A program made the position numbers and the translations under genes. From Acidimicrobiia bacterium (GTDB taxonomy: Bacteria > Actinomycetota > Acidimicrobiia > Spongiisociales > JAHEDJ01), in NCBI GenBank assembly GCA_029210695.1, contig JARGFH010000005.1:1-48833 (forward strand): 48,833 nucleotides of DNA, in the 5' to 3' direction. Below the pieces are notes generated by a model. The model did not search any database, had not been told where the DNA came from, and was given only the letters and a program-made list of their open reading frames with translations. Positions 1 through 10,578 of this stretch are shown here, piece by piece. Each line of letters begins with the position of its first letter. Position 1 is the stretch's first letter.

Positions 1-85
1 TCCAGTGTGACCGAAAACGACCTCGAACGCGAGCACCCCCGACCCACAACCACCAACTTTTTCGGCAGCCACCTAGAGTGAAGCC

Positions 86-568
86 ATGGACTTTGAACCG
101 CTGGAATTCGACTCGACAGCTTTCGACACACCGGCTTTTGAACCGTCCGTCGACTTTGCGATCCTGGCGGACGCCGCCCAGGCGATCGCCGGCAAGCTCT
201 TCTTGCTGGGCGGTGGTTGGGATACCTTGCGTGTGAGCACCTTCCCGGCCAGGCACCACACGATGGCGATCGGCCTTCGTGTCCGCATCCCGTGGACGTG
301 GACAGGACGACCGATGACCCTCTCGATCGACCTCCAGGATGAGGATGGGGGCAGCCTCTTCACGTCCGGTCCGCTTCGTCACGGATTCGAGGTCGGACGA
401 CCGCCCGGTGCTCCCGAAGGCAGCGACATCGGGTTGGTGCGCGCCTTCACGTTCAATCATGTGCCGTTCCCGAGTGCAGGCGGATATGCGTTCGCTATCT
501 CGCTCAACGATGTCGAGGTCGATCGGCTTCGTTTCAACGTGTTCCAGCACACGCGACCGGCCGAGTAG
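86..568 (+). CDS. Conserved hypothetical protein (DUF6941-like)
   Basis: 160-aa ORF with an ILADAAQ...GKLFLLGGGWD motif; TAGAGT -10 box 6 nt before the ATG; first gene of a 3-gene run. Confidence 0.65.
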   Translation: MDFEPLEFDSTAFDTPAFEPSVDFAILADAAQAIAGKLFLLGGGWDTLRVSTFPARHHTMAIGLRVRIPWTWTGRPMTLSIDLQDEDGGSLFTSGPLRHGFEVGRPPGAPEGSDIGLVRAFTFNHVPFPSAGGYAFAISLNDVEVDRLRFNVFQHTRPAE

Positions 569-573
569 CCGGC

Positions 574-1191
574 ATGATCCGGCTGCCGATGTTCCCGCTG
601 GGGGGAGTGCATTTCCCGTTCTCCGTCATTCCCCTGCGGGTGTTCGAACCTCGTTATCTCCAACTTCTCGACGATCTGACGACCTCCGACGGTCGATTCG
701 GAGTCGTCCTCATCGAACGGGGCTTCGAAGTCGGTGGTGGGGATGTCCGTTTCAACGTCGGGACCCTCGCAGAGGTCAGGGCCGTCTCGGATCTCGAGGA
801 AGGGCACAAGGCGGTGCTGTCGGCGGGCCTGCAACGGATTCGCATCGATCACTGGTTGCCGGACGATCCGTATCCGGTGGCGGAGGTGGAACTCATCGAG
901 GAACAACCGGCGGGTGAACACGGACTCGATCTCCTCGTGGAGGCGACGCGAGCCATGCACAGGTTGCTGGCGGTTGCGTCCGAACTCGGGGCAGACACGG
1001 GCAACTTCGCTCCCAACATGGGCGATGACCCGGTGGTTGGCAGCTACTACCTGGCGCAGATGATCCCGATCGGGTCGCTCGATGCTCAGCGACTGCTCGA
1101 AGCAGACGTACCCGAGGTCCGTCTGCAGCGGATCATTGAACATCTCGACGATGAGATCGAACTCATCCGACTCCGGCTTGCTGAGGGATGA
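574..1191 (+). CDS. LON peptidase substrate-binding (Lon N-terminal) domain protein
   Basis: LPMFPL...PLRVFEPRY...FGVVLIERGFEVGGG...WLPDDPYP motifs; no AAA or protease domain. Confidence 0.9.
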   Translation: MIRLPMFPLGGVHFPFSVIPLRVFEPRYLQLLDDLTTSDGRFGVVLIERGFEVGGGDVRFNVGTLAEVRAVSDLEEGHKAVLSAGLQRIRIDHWLPDDPYPVAEVELIEEQPAGEHGLDLLVEATRAMHRLLAVASELGADTGNFAPNMGDDPVVGSYYLAQMIPIGSLDAQRLLEADVPEVRLQRIIEHLDDEIELIRLRLAEG

Positions 1192-1802
1192 TCAGGGCGG
1201 TCGTTTTCGACCTCGGCGGCGTGGTTCTCGACTCTCCATTCGACGTGATCCGCGCCACCGAACGCCGGCACGGACTCGAGTCCGGGTTCTTCAATCGGGT
1301 TGCCTCCCGACCGAACGGAGCCTGGGCACTGCACGAAACGGGAACCCTTGATCGACGTGGGTTCGTTGCCGGGTTCGAGGAGGAATGCCGGTCGGGCGGT
1401 GCCGCCATCGACGCCAACCGCCTTCTCGATGAGATCGAGGCGTACGCCAGACCCCGGCCGCAGATGCTGGCGGCGATGGCCCGACTGAAGGAGGCCGGCT
1501 ATCTGGTGGCAGCCCTGACAAACAACTGGGATTCACCTGCGGCCGGTTGGGAGGGACCGGCTCTGCACGACGCTTTCGACGTCTTCGTGGAGTCCTGGGT
1601 CGAGGGGGTTCGGAAGCCGGACCCGGCCATCTATCTCCGCCTGCTCGAGAGGCTGGCGGTCGAAGCAGGGGAGTGCGTGTTCCTCGACGACATCGGCCAG
1701 AACCTCAAAACGGCCCGCAATCTCGGCCTGGCCACCATCAAAGTGACCGACCCCGACCAGGCCCTATCAGAGTTGGGCGCCATGCTCGGATTTGATTTCT
1801 AG
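1188..1802 (+). CDS. HAD-family phosphatase (epoxide hydrolase N-terminal-like)
   Basis: AVVFDLGGV motif I, LTNN, RKPDPAIY, FLDD; ATGA overlap with the upstream gene. Confidence 0.9.
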   Translation: MIRAVVFDLGGVVLDSPFDVIRATERRHGLESGFFNRVASRPNGAWALHETGTLDRRGFVAGFEEECRSGGAAIDANRLLDEIEAYARPRPQMLAAMARLKEAGYLVAALTNNWDSPAAGWEGPALHDAFDVFVESWVEGVRKPDPAIYLRLLERLAVEAGECVFLDDIGQNLKTARNLGLATIKVTDPDQALSELGAMLGFDF

Positions 1803-1833
1803 CCCTCCCGGCGTTTCTCCCCCGCTTCGGCGG

Positions 1834-1916
1834 CCTATTGCCTATGGCCCTATTGCCTATGGCCTATTGCCATTTGCCTATCGCACTTGGCCAATTGCCA
1901 ATTGCCAATTGCCAAT
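1834..1916. repeat. Degenerate heptamer tandem repeat (ATTGCCW)n between convergent genes
   Basis: cctattg cctatgg ... ccaattg ccaattg ccaattg; preceded by a partial REP-like CGTTTCTCCCCCG at about 1812. Confidence 0.75.
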
Positions 1917-1922
1917 CGCTTC

Positions 1923-3464
1923 CTACCGATCCCCGAACGCGTAGAAGAACCCGTCCCGGCTGCCGACGTAGATCCGGCCGTCCCAGACGGTCGGGGTGCT
2001 CTCGATGCAACCACCGCCGTGCGTCATCTCCCACACCTGGAAGGGACTCCGCGGGTCGGCCAACGAGTAGGCCCGCAGCCCTCCGCCCGCATCGCAGTTG
2101 ACGGCGGTCAAAAGGTGGCCGTCCACGACCAGCGGCGAGGACCAGGCGTGGAAGCCGATTTCGTCGCTCCACACGACCTCGCCGGTGTCGGCGTCGATGG
2201 CAAGAAGATCCCCGGGATGCGTGGCGACGTACAAGACTCCGTCACCCAGCGCCGGGGTTGCCCAGGCGCCGCCGTCTGACACCGAGTTGAGCGGGGGCAC
2301 GGCCACACTCCAGACGAGCGGATCGTCCGGGCGTGACGGGTCGAGTTTCATGATCTGACCCACTTCGGTTGCCCGGGGGAGATACCGTTCGAGTTCGGCG
2401 GCGATATAGAGCATCCCGTCTGCGTCGATGACCGGGGAGGCGTCGATGTCGTCGCCCGCCCAGAAGTCGAACACGATGGGCGCTTCACCCGACTCGACGT
2501 TGGTGATATCGAGGCCGACCACCCGACCGCCCGAGTTCGTGAAGTACAGGCGCCCGTCGAGGATCGCCACGGAACTCTCGATCGACGCATTCCGGTCGCC
2601 GGTGGAGCGGATCAAATCACTGTTCCAGCCCTCGACCTTGACGAGGATGTCCGGGGCCACCTGCACCAGACCTTCCGCGTCGTAGGAACGGTTGAGCTTC
2701 GTCGCGAACAGGATGCCGTTTTCCCCGCCCTCGAACATGATGTCCTCGACGATTGATGGGTTGCCGTCCCAGTCGTTGTTCCAGATGCCCGGGTGATCGG
2801 CCGAGTCGATCGCCCACAACTCGACAGGCTGCGGCCGATCGAGCGCCACGGCTCGCAGTTTGTTGTCGCGGGACCCGAAGTAGAGGAGCGGGTAGCCGTC
2901 CGGGTCGATCGTCACGGATCCCTTGATCAGGTCGCCGACGCCGAAGTCCGGCCGGGTGCGCTCTCCGGTGGCGGCGTCCACGAAGTGAACCGCCTTGTCA
3001 TACGCCCCGAAAACGACCTCGGTGACCCCGTCCGGGCGGACCCACACGGCCGGCTGGCCGGTCCACCCGGTGCCACACCATTGCGTGACTTCTCCACCGA
3101 CCGACGACGAACCGCACATCGCCTGGTCCGGGAAGCGCCATATGCGCTCCGGGTCGTCGGGGAGTTCCCCCGGCCCGTACCAGGTCCGGGACGGGTTTCC
3201 CCTGAACTGGAGCACACCAACGGTGGATCCCCACGCCGCTCCCACCGTTCGCCGGTCGACGAAGCGACCAAGCGGCAGCGTTGTGGTGGTAGTCGTGGCG
3301 GGGGGTTGGGTCGTCGTCACGGCAGGAGGCAATGTGGTGGCCGCCGGCGCCAGAGCGGGTTGGGCTGTAACCGGGTCGGCGCCGGAGAAGGCGATCAAAT
3401 AGAGGCCGGTGAGTACCGCACCTCCGGCCAGGGAGAGGAAGAAGACAGCGAGCAGGCGACGCAT
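1923..3464 (-). CDS. Membrane-anchored/secreted PQQ-binding-like beta-propeller protein (BamB-like repeats)
   Basis: N-terminal hydrophobic segment MRRLLAVFF, Thr/Pro linker, repeated SSP/ATP...G.LY...W blades; start at 3464 chosen from a TAAACT -10 box 7 nt upstream. Confidence 0.8.
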   Translation of the reverse strand: MRRLLAVFFLSLAGGAVLTGLYLIAFSGADPVTAQPALAPAATTLPPAVTTTQPPATTTTTTLPLGRFVDRRTVGAAWGSTVGVLQFRGNPSRTWYGPGELPDDPERIWRFPDQAMCGSSSVGGEVTQWCGTGWTGQPAVWVRPDGVTEVVFGAYDKAVHFVDAATGERTRPDFGVGDLIKGSVTIDPDGYPLLYFGSRDNKLRAVALDRPQPVELWAIDSADHPGIWNNDWDGNPSIVEDIMFEGGENGILFATKLNRSYDAEGLVQVAPDILVKVEGWNSDLIRSTGDRNASIESSVAILDGRLYFTNSGGRVVGLDITNVESGEAPIVFDFWAGDDIDASPVIDADGMLYIAAELERYLPRATEVGQIMKLDPSRPDDPLVWSVAVPPLNSVSDGGAWATPALGDGVLYVATHPGDLLAIDADTGEVVWSDEIGFHAWSSPLVVDGHLLTAVNCDAGGGLRAYSLADPRSPFQVWEMTHGGGCIESTPTVWDGRIYVGSRDGFFYAFGDR

Positions 3465-3549
3465 CCCCGGCAGTTTATGGCGAAAGTCATCCTGTGTGTG
3501 CATGTGGAAGACGGTGCGGGCGGTGGCGGCAGCCCTAGCCTGATGGACC

Positions 3550-4467
3550 GTGGCGGATACGTTTGAACGCTTGACCACTTCGTCGCCGGTTCGCTTCTGG
3601 CGGAGGTTCGCGTCCGCCGGTCCCGGCGTGCTGGCTGCGGCTGTGGCCTTCAACCTCTTCTTCGCGCTGGTTCCGGCAACGATCCCGCTGGTTGTGGCCG
3701 CCTCGTTCTTCGGTCGTAATCAGGAGGCGCAGGCCCAGACGGTCGATTTCCTCGAGCAGGTCCTGCCGTCGAGCAGCGCCGCCTCAATTGCCGATGCCCT
3801 CTCCAAGGCCTGGGATTCGGTCGAAGGCACAAAAGGTCTCGTGGTGGCGATCAGCCTCTTGATCTCGATCTGGGCCGGATCGCGCGGCGTGAACACGATC
3901 ATGCGGGTTTTGACCCGGATCGAAGGCATGGAGGACAGCCGGTCGTGGTTCAAACGTCGTCTGGTTGCGATCGCGCTCACCCTGGGCGCCGGCGGCATGC
4001 TTCTCTTGACCGGTGTGCTCATCGTTGCCGGTGCCGCCATCGCTGAATGGATGGCGCACCTCACCGATCTCGAATGGCCGGTCACGCTCTGGGAACTGCT
4101 GTCGGTGCCGGTCGGCATTCTGGCGCTCTTCTCGTTCCTCACAGCTCTCTATCGGTGGGGACCGCCGCAACGCCTCCCGGGGTTCTGGATTGCGGCACTG
4201 GTGGGCACCCTCAGCACGATCAGCGTGACGCTCGGGTTCCGCTTGTATGTCGAGACCTCGGGAGGGCTCAGCGCCACTTTCATCGCCTTCACCACTGTGG
4301 CCGTGCTCCTCCTCTGGCTGTTCTTGATGGCCTACGTCATCATCCTGTCGGCGGCCATCGGCGCCTCTGCCTCGCGCGGACTCGCCTCCCGGCGCGTCAA
4401 CGGCGCCAACGGTGGCGGGGAAATCTCGCTCGGACTCGAAACGATGGAGCAGGAGATCGCCCGTTAG
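3550..4467 (+). CDS. YihY/virulence factor BrkB family membrane protein
   Basis: AAAVAFNLFFALVP, IWAGSRG, LYRWGP, LLLWLFL motifs; multiple TM helices. Confidence 0.9.
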   Translation: MADTFERLTTSSPVRFWRRFASAGPGVLAAAVAFNLFFALVPATIPLVVAASFFGRNQEAQAQTVDFLEQVLPSSSAASIADALSKAWDSVEGTKGLVVAISLLISIWAGSRGVNTIMRVLTRIEGMEDSRSWFKRRLVAIALTLGAGGMLLLTGVLIVAGAAIAEWMAHLTDLEWPVTLWELLSVPVGILALFSFLTALYRWGPPQRLPGFWIAALVGTLSTISVTLGFRLYVETSGGLSATFIAFTTVAVLLLWLFLMAYVIILSAAIGASASRGLASRRVNGANGGGEISLGLETMEQEIAR

Positions 4468-4588
4468 CGACGCGGCCGCCGGGGGCTAAAGCTATTGGAC
4501 CCCTCGCCGATACCAGTCACGTTGGGTGGCATGTAACACTTTGGGTGGTAGTGCGACCTACCAAGTGAGTGAAATAAGGAGTGGATGG

Positions 4589-5224
4589 ATGCGGCGGAGA
4601 ACGACCACCCTCGTGGTAGTGGGCCTGGTGCTTGCCCTATTTGTGTTGCCGGCGGCGGCACAGGAACTGTTTGTTGAGGCGAGCCCCTCGCTGGAAGATG
4701 CCTCTGATGCGGCAACGTATGAGCTCACCTACAACTATGACCCGGATTCTCACGTGGTGTTCTACGGCATCGGTGAGATTCCCGGCGACGGAGACGAGAC
4801 ACCCCCACTGGACTGCACTCTCCCGGAGGGCGTGACGGTCGAGGTCGACGAAGAGACCGGTGACGTCACCTATGGTGTCGAAGGCGAAGAAGAGCCTTAT
4901 GTGCTTTCGGAAGGCTGTCGCGCCGTTTTGATCGAAGGCCCGAACGGCCAGGTCAATCACGGCCAGTTCGTGTCGAATATGGTGGACGACCTCAAGGCCG
5001 AATACGACAAGGACACCTACGGTCCCTTCGGTCAATGGGTCAGCCAGTTCGCTCACGACAAGGACATCGGCAAGGGTGACTTGAAGGTCTGGGCGAACGA
5101 CGACGATGAACTCGCCGAGTTCGAGGTTGCCGAACTCGGTGACGACGAGTCCGACGGTGTCAAGCCCGTGAAGTCGAACCGGGGTTCTGAGAAGTCGAAC
5201 AACGGCAAAGGCAAGAACAAGTAG
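4589..5224 (+). CDS. Secreted acidic hypothetical protein
   Basis: AAGGAG RBS before ATG 4589; signal peptide MRRRTTTLVVVGLVLALFVLPAAA; NHGQFVS/FGQWVS motifs; Lys-rich tail. Confidence 0.7.
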   Translation: MRRRTTTLVVVGLVLALFVLPAAAQELFVEASPSLEDASDAATYELTYNYDPDSHVVFYGIGEIPGDGDETPPLDCTLPEGVTVEVDEETGDVTYGVEGEEEPYVLSEGCRAVLIEGPNGQVNHGQFVSNMVDDLKAEYDKDTYGPFGQWVSQFAHDKDIGKGDLKVWANDDDELAEFEVAELGDDESDGVKPVKSNRGSEKSNNGKGKNK

Positions 5225-5234
5225 TCAGGTTCGG

Positions 5235-5270
5235 AACGGGTCGGGTGGTTTTCCACTCGACCCGTTTGCT
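5235..5270 (+). terminator. Intrinsic terminator hairpin
   Basis: AACGGGTCGGGTGG-TTTT-CCACTCGACCCGTT directly after the stop at 5224. Confidence 0.7.
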
Positions 5271-5342
5271 TAACAATTACCGGCGAGTAGGGTTACGGCT
5301 CGCCTCGGCACGCCCGAGGCTTTTCCTATCCGGGACACCCCA

Positions 5343-5930
5343 ATGAAACCCAACCGTATACACGCGTTCGCACTCATAGTCGGCCTCACGGTCGCCACGT
5401 TCGCTCTGCCCGCTCAGGCGGCCGAGGACGAGTTCACCCTTGTCTTCCCTCAGCCGAGCGAGGCGACCGAGTTCGTCAACAGTTGGGGCAATGCCCGGTC
5501 GGGCGGCCGTCAGCACAAGGGCACAGATCTCCTCGCTCCGCAGATGACTCCGGTGGTGGCCGCTGCCGACGGAATCGTCAAGAAGTTCGGCAACGGTCCC
5601 CGCTCCGGGTACTACATCGTGATCAGCCACCGCGACGGCTATGAGACCTGGTACATGCACATGAACAACGACACTCCCGGCACCGACGACGGTCGGGGCG
5701 CTCCCGAATACACCTACGTTGCCGCCCTCGAAGTTGGCGATTCCGTGGAAGCCGGCCAACTGCTCGGCTTTGTAGGTGATAGCGGGAACGCGGAGGGATC
5801 GACCCACCACACCCACTTCGAACTGCACCTCAACGGGCGGGCGATCAACCCCTTTCCGTTCTTGAAGGCAGCCTGGGAGCGGTGGGAACTCGAACAACTC
5901 ATCGAGCGCGGGGAAGTCCCGTTCAGCTGA
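5343..5930 (+). CDS. M23 family metallopeptidase, secreted
   Basis: Signal peptide; HKGTD (HxxxD), YMHM and HTHFELH (HxH) zinc motifs. Confidence 0.92.
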   Translation: MKPNRIHAFALIVGLTVATFALPAQAAEDEFTLVFPQPSEATEFVNSWGNARSGGRQHKGTDLLAPQMTPVVAAADGIVKKFGNGPRSGYYIVISHRDGYETWYMHMNNDTPGTDDGRGAPEYTYVAALEVGDSVEAGQLLGFVGDSGNAEGSTHHTHFELHLNGRAINPFPFLKAAWERWELEQLIERGEVPFS

Positions 5931-6383
5931 TCAGGGGAGTGTTTCGAGTTCGTTGAGGCGGACTACCTCGGCGGCGGTCTCTTTATCCTCAGCGCTCACC
6001 ACGGCCACCTCAGAGATGGTCGCTTCCACCGGTGGTTCCGGCATGGCCGGCGAACCGACCCAGATCAAACGGTGAATCCTCGCCGCCTGCACGGCCTCCA
6101 TCCAGGCCACCGCCACGTCGCCCGGGGTGCCGGCGAATGCTCGTTCCCGATCGTCTCCTGCCGATTCGGCAACGAGCACTGCGGTGAAACACTCGAGCGC
6201 AGCCATCTCGACGTGGGATCCGTCTGACACATCTCCGATCGCCACCTTGCATCCTCTTCTGCGTAGCTCCTCGCCTGCCTGCGGGTCTGTGATGAAGGCG
6301 CGCACTTCTCCACCCGCTCCGGCGAGTCTCCCGACGATCTCGGCCCCAATCGGGGTGTCGGCTCCAACAACAATTACTGGCAC
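5931..6383 (-). CDS. Short NAD(P)H-binding Rossmann (NmrA/atypical SDR-like) protein
   Basis: VIVVGADTPIG...VRAFI...GDVSD; TAGTTT -10 box 6 nt before the GTG. Confidence 0.75.
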   Translation of the reverse strand: MPVIVVGADTPIGAEIVGRLAGAGGEVRAFITDPQAGEELRRRGCKVAIGDVSDGSHVEMAALECFTAVLVAESAGDDRERAFAGTPGDVAVAWMEAVQAARIHRLIWVGSPAMPEPPVEATISEVAVVSAEDKETAAEVVRLNELETLP

Positions 6384-6478
6384 GATGCGAAACTATCACG
6401 AATGCGTTTCTGTCGGTGGGGGAGCGCCGTCGCCGGCCCCGGTGGTCGACTATTCCGGAAATCACGATCACTGCTACC

Positions 6479-6504
6479 ATTACACCTATCCGGATAGTGC
6501 TAAT
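6479..6504. promoter_or_regulatory. Imperfect 26-bp palindrome upstream of sufB (candidate Fe-S regulator operator)
   Basis: ATTACACCTATCCGGATAGTGCTAAT; near-identical element at 13785-13810 before sufD. Confidence 0.6.
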
Positions 6505-6516
6505 TAGAGGTGACCA

Positions 6517-7929
6517 ATGGCCACTGTCGAACTTGATCTCGGTGCCTACCAGCTTGGATGGCACGACTCTGAAGATGGATACGTCTTCAAGCCTCGCAAG
6601 GGGCTGAACGAAGACATCATCCGTGATATGTCCAAGATGAAGAAGGAACCGGGCTGGATGCTCGATTTCCGCCTCAAGGCGTACAAGCGGTTCCTTAGCC
6701 GCCCGATTCCTACCTGGGGTGGCGGCGGTGCGCTCAACGACATCGACTTCGACGACATCTACTACTACATCAAGCCGACCGAAGGTCAGTCCAAAGACTG
6801 GGACATGGTCCCCGAGGAGATCAAGGCCACCTATGAGAAGCTCGGCATCCCGGAAGCCGAGCGCAAGTACCTGGCCGGTGTGACCGCCCAGTACGAGAGC
6901 GAAGTCGTCTACCACCGCAACCGCGACGACCTCGAGAAGCTCGGCGTGCTGTTCACCGATATGGACACCGCAGTTCGCGAGTACCCGGAGATCGTCAAGG
7001 AGTACTTCGGGACGATCATCCCGCCGAACGACAACAAGTTCGCTGCTCTCAACTCGGCCGTCTGGTCAGGTGGCTCGTTCATCTACGTGCCGCCCGGGGT
7101 GCATCTCGATCAACCGCTCCAGGCGTATTTCCGGATCAACTCCGAGAACATGGGTCAGTTCGAGCGGACGCTGATCATCGTCGATGAAGATGCCTACGTG
7201 CACTACGTCGAGGGATGCTCTGCTCCGATCTGGTCGACCGACTCGCTCCACTCGGCTGTGGTCGAGATCGTGGTCAAGCGGGGCGGCCGGTGCCGTTATT
7301 CGACCATCCAGAACTGGTCGAACAACGTCTACAACCTGGTCACCAAGCGGGCCGCGGCCTATGCCGACGCCACGATGGAGTGGGTCGACGGCAACCTCGG
7401 GTCGAAGCTCACCATGAAGTACCCGGCCGTCTGGCTGATGGAACCGGGCGCCCATGGCGAGGTGCTCTCGATCGCCTTCGCCGGCGAAGGTCAGCACCAG
7501 GATGCCGGCGCCAAGATGGTCCACGCCGCTTCGAACACGACCTCGACGATCATCTCGAAGTCGATCTGCAAGGACGGCGGCCGGGCCGGTTATCGGGGTC
7601 TCGTGCGAGTTGAGCCGGGCGCCAAAGGTGTGAAGTCCTTCGTCCGCTGCGACGCCCTCATCCTCGACGCCGACTCCCGTTCGGATACCTATCCGTATAT
7701 GGAGATCGAGGAATCCGACGCAGAGATCGGCCACGAGGCCACCGTCTCCAAGGTCGGTGAAGAGCAGATGTTCTACCTGATGAGTCGCGGCCTCTCAGAA
7801 GAGGAGGCGACCTCGATGATCGTCGCCGGCTTCATCGAGCCGATCGTCAAGGAACTCCCAATGGAGTACGCGGTCGAGATGAACCGCCTCATCGAACTCA
7901 ACATGATCGAAGCCGGGGCCGTCGGCTAG
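6517..7929 (+). CDS. sufB: Fe-S cluster assembly protein SufB
   Basis: [51 protein letters not shown]. Confidence 0.98.
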   Translation: MATVELDLGAYQLGWHDSEDGYVFKPRKGLNEDIIRDMSKMKKEPGWMLDFRLKAYKRFLSRPIPTWGGGGALNDIDFDDIYYYIKPTEGQSKDWDMVPEEIKATYEKLGIPEAERKYLAGVTAQYESEVVYHRNRDDLEKLGVLFTDMDTAVREYPEIVKEYFGTIIPPNDNKFAALNSAVWSGGSFIYVPPGVHLDQPLQAYFRINSENMGQFERTLIIVDEDAYVHYVEGCSAPIWSTDSLHSAVVEIVVKRGGRCRYSTIQNWSNNVYNLVTKRAAAYADATMEWVDGNLGSKLTMKYPAVWLMEPGAHGEVLSIAFAGEGQHQDAGAKMVHAASNTTSTIISKSICKDGGRAGYRGLVRVEPGAKGVKSFVRCDALILDADSRSDTYPYMEIEESDAEIGHEATVSKVGEEQMFYLMSRGLSEEEATSMIVAGFIEPIVKELPMEYAVEMNRLIELNMIEAGAVG

Positions 7930-7938
7930 GCGCTGTTT

Positions 7939-8110
7939 TCGCGTTCTTCCCCCACTGGTGTGGGGGAAGTGCCCCGGAGGGGCGATGGGGGCTTCTTGGG
8001 GTGGCGGGTTGTGCCCCCTCCGTCCTGCGGCATTAGCTGCTGGCGACCTCCCCCGACTTCGTCGGTGGAGGAACGCGATTACGCGATGGGGGCGACTGCG
8101 TCGGTGGAGG
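7939..8110. repeat. REP-like palindromic repeat cluster (family A variants)
   Basis: CGCGTTCTTCCCCCA..TGGGGGAAG and GCCCCCTCCG...ACCTCCCCCG..CGGTGGAGGAACGCG units between convergent sufB and amn. Confidence 0.7.
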
Positions 8111-8124
8111 GACGCGTTGGTGGC

Positions 8125-8895
8125 TCAGAAGCGGAAGTGTTTGATTGCTTCGCCTTGTGTGGCGATTTCCGTCATCGCTTCGATGCCTAGGTCGAGATGG
8201 ATGTCCGCCCAGTCGCGAGTGACGGCCGCGTCGCTCTTCTCCGTTTTGACGCCTTCGGGGCTGATCGGCACGTCCGAAACGAGGAGCAAGGCTCCCCGGG
8301 CGATCTCGTTGTGGTGGCCGACGATGAAAATCGTGGCCGTTTCCATATCGATGGCCAGCGCCGTCAAACCCTTCAAACGTTCGACGAAGGCTTCGTCGTG
8401 TTCCCAGACTCGACGATTGGATGTGTATACGACGCCGGTCCGGTAGTCGAGACCGCGGGCGACGATCTTCTCAGACACGAACTTGTGGAGTTTGAACGAC
8501 GGGAGAGCAGGCACCTCGGGAGGGAAGTAGTCGTTGCTCGTGCCCTCACCCCGAATGGCTGCAATCGGCAGAACGAAATGGCCGATCTCGGTTGACGCTT
8601 TGAGGCCACCGCACTTCCCCAGAAACAGGACGCCCTTCGGGTCGACGGCCACCAGGAGATCCATGATCGTCGCCGCGTTGGCGGTGCCGATTCCGAAATT
8701 GATGATCGTCAAGCCCTCGTCGTTGGTAGCAGCCTGCATGTAGTGGCCCTCGCCGCGGATGGGACAGCCGCACCTTTCGGCAAACCGCTCCAGGTAGTCG
8801 CTGAAGTTCGTGAGCAGGATGTAATCACCAAACTCCTCGATCTGCATTCCGGTGTAGCGGGGGAGCCAATTGCGGGTGATGTCGAGTTTGTCCAT
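8125..8895 (-). CDS. amn: AMP nucleosidase, short PNP/UDP phosphorylase-fold type
   Basis: NWLPRYTG, YILLTNF, INFGIG..NAATIMDLL, LFLGKCGGLK, AIRGEGTSNDY, DMETAT, LLLVSD. Confidence 0.9.
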   Translation of the reverse strand: MDKLDITRNWLPRYTGMQIEEFGDYILLTNFSDYLERFAERCGCPIRGEGHYMQAATNDEGLTIINFGIGTANAATIMDLLVAVDPKGVLFLGKCGGLKASTEIGHFVLPIAAIRGEGTSNDYFPPEVPALPSFKLHKFVSEKIVARGLDYRTGVVYTSNRRVWEHDEAFVERLKGLTALAIDMETATIFIVGHHNEIARGALLLVSDVPISPEGVKTEKSDAAVTRDWADIHLDLGIEAMTEIATQGEAIKHFRF

Positions 8896-8947
8896 GAGGC
8901 GAGGCTACCGCCTCACAGTTCAGAGTTCCGCGTTCTGGGCCCGGACG

Positions 8948-9208
8948 TTACGAACGGCCCCGGCCGCTGATCAGACCGAGGACCGCCACGAAGAGGGCGG
9001 CACCGATCACCGACCAGATAACCGGGAAGTCACGGATGGTCCACAACAACGGCAGATCGAGTTGTTGGGCGAGCCATCGACCGAGCAGCGCCCCCACAAA
9101 GCCGAGCGCCAGCGAAGGAAGGCAACCGAGACCTTTGCGTCCGGCCAGCGAGGCACCGACCGATCCGGCCAGCGAGGCGATGATGAGCAGGACAAGGAGT
9201 TCGAACAC
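8948..9208 (-). CDS. GlsB/YeaQ/YmgE (transglycosylase-associated) small membrane protein
   Basis: 86 aa, three Gly-rich hydrophobic helices (LGFVGALLG, WSVIGAALFV); TAGCCT -10 box 6 nt before the GTG. Confidence 0.8.
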   Translation of the reverse strand: MFELLVLLIIASLAGSVGASLAGRKGLGCLPSLALGFVGALLGRWLAQQLDLPLLWTIRDFPVIWSVIGAALFVAVLGLISGRGRS

Positions 9209-9251
9209 AAGAGGAGGCTACCCATCTCGCCGCTGCCACGAACCCGTTCTG

Positions 9252-9518
9252 CTACTGGTTGGTGTAGCCGACCAGGAACGAGATGACCGCTCCACCGGCC
9301 AGCGCCCAGATAGCCGAGTAGTCACCGATGGCCAGGTAGCGGGGGACGCCTTCCAAAGCGGAAAGGATCACGGTGGTGACGAGCCCGCCGATGATTCCTA
9401 TCAGAATCGAGCCGGCCACCGTTGCCCGGCGACCGGACAACATGCCGCCGGCCAAACCTCCGAATCCGGCGATGCCGCCGACAATGAGCAGTGCGTTGAT
9501 GGTCGTGGTTTCAATCAC
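9252..9518 (-). CDS. GlsB/YeaQ/YmgE-like small membrane protein (second, divergent paralog)
   Basis: 88 aa, GSILIGIIGGL and IWALAGGAV pattern parallels 8948-9208; starts 5 nt after the sigma factor stop. Confidence 0.65.
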   Translation of the reverse strand: MIETTTINALLIVGGIAGFGGLAGGMLSGRRATVAGSILIGIIGGLVTTVILSALEGVPRYLAIGDYSAIWALAGGAVISFLVGYTNQ

Positions 9519-9523
9519 GGCGC

Positions 9524-10465
<942 letters not shown>

Positions 10466-10578
10466 TTCCCCCTGACTCCATAAGAGCCCGCGCTCGCCAA
10501 CGTATCACCGGTGTGCGCCGCGCGCAATGGGGTTTCTTACCATATTCGATGTGACGGTCGACCCAGTACGCTCCGGCC

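Noticed and set aside
6479..6504. CIRCE (HrcA) element
   Set aside because: The half-site resembles GAGTGCTAA but the spacing is shorter than N9, the left arm is poor, and the genes are suf rather than chaperones.
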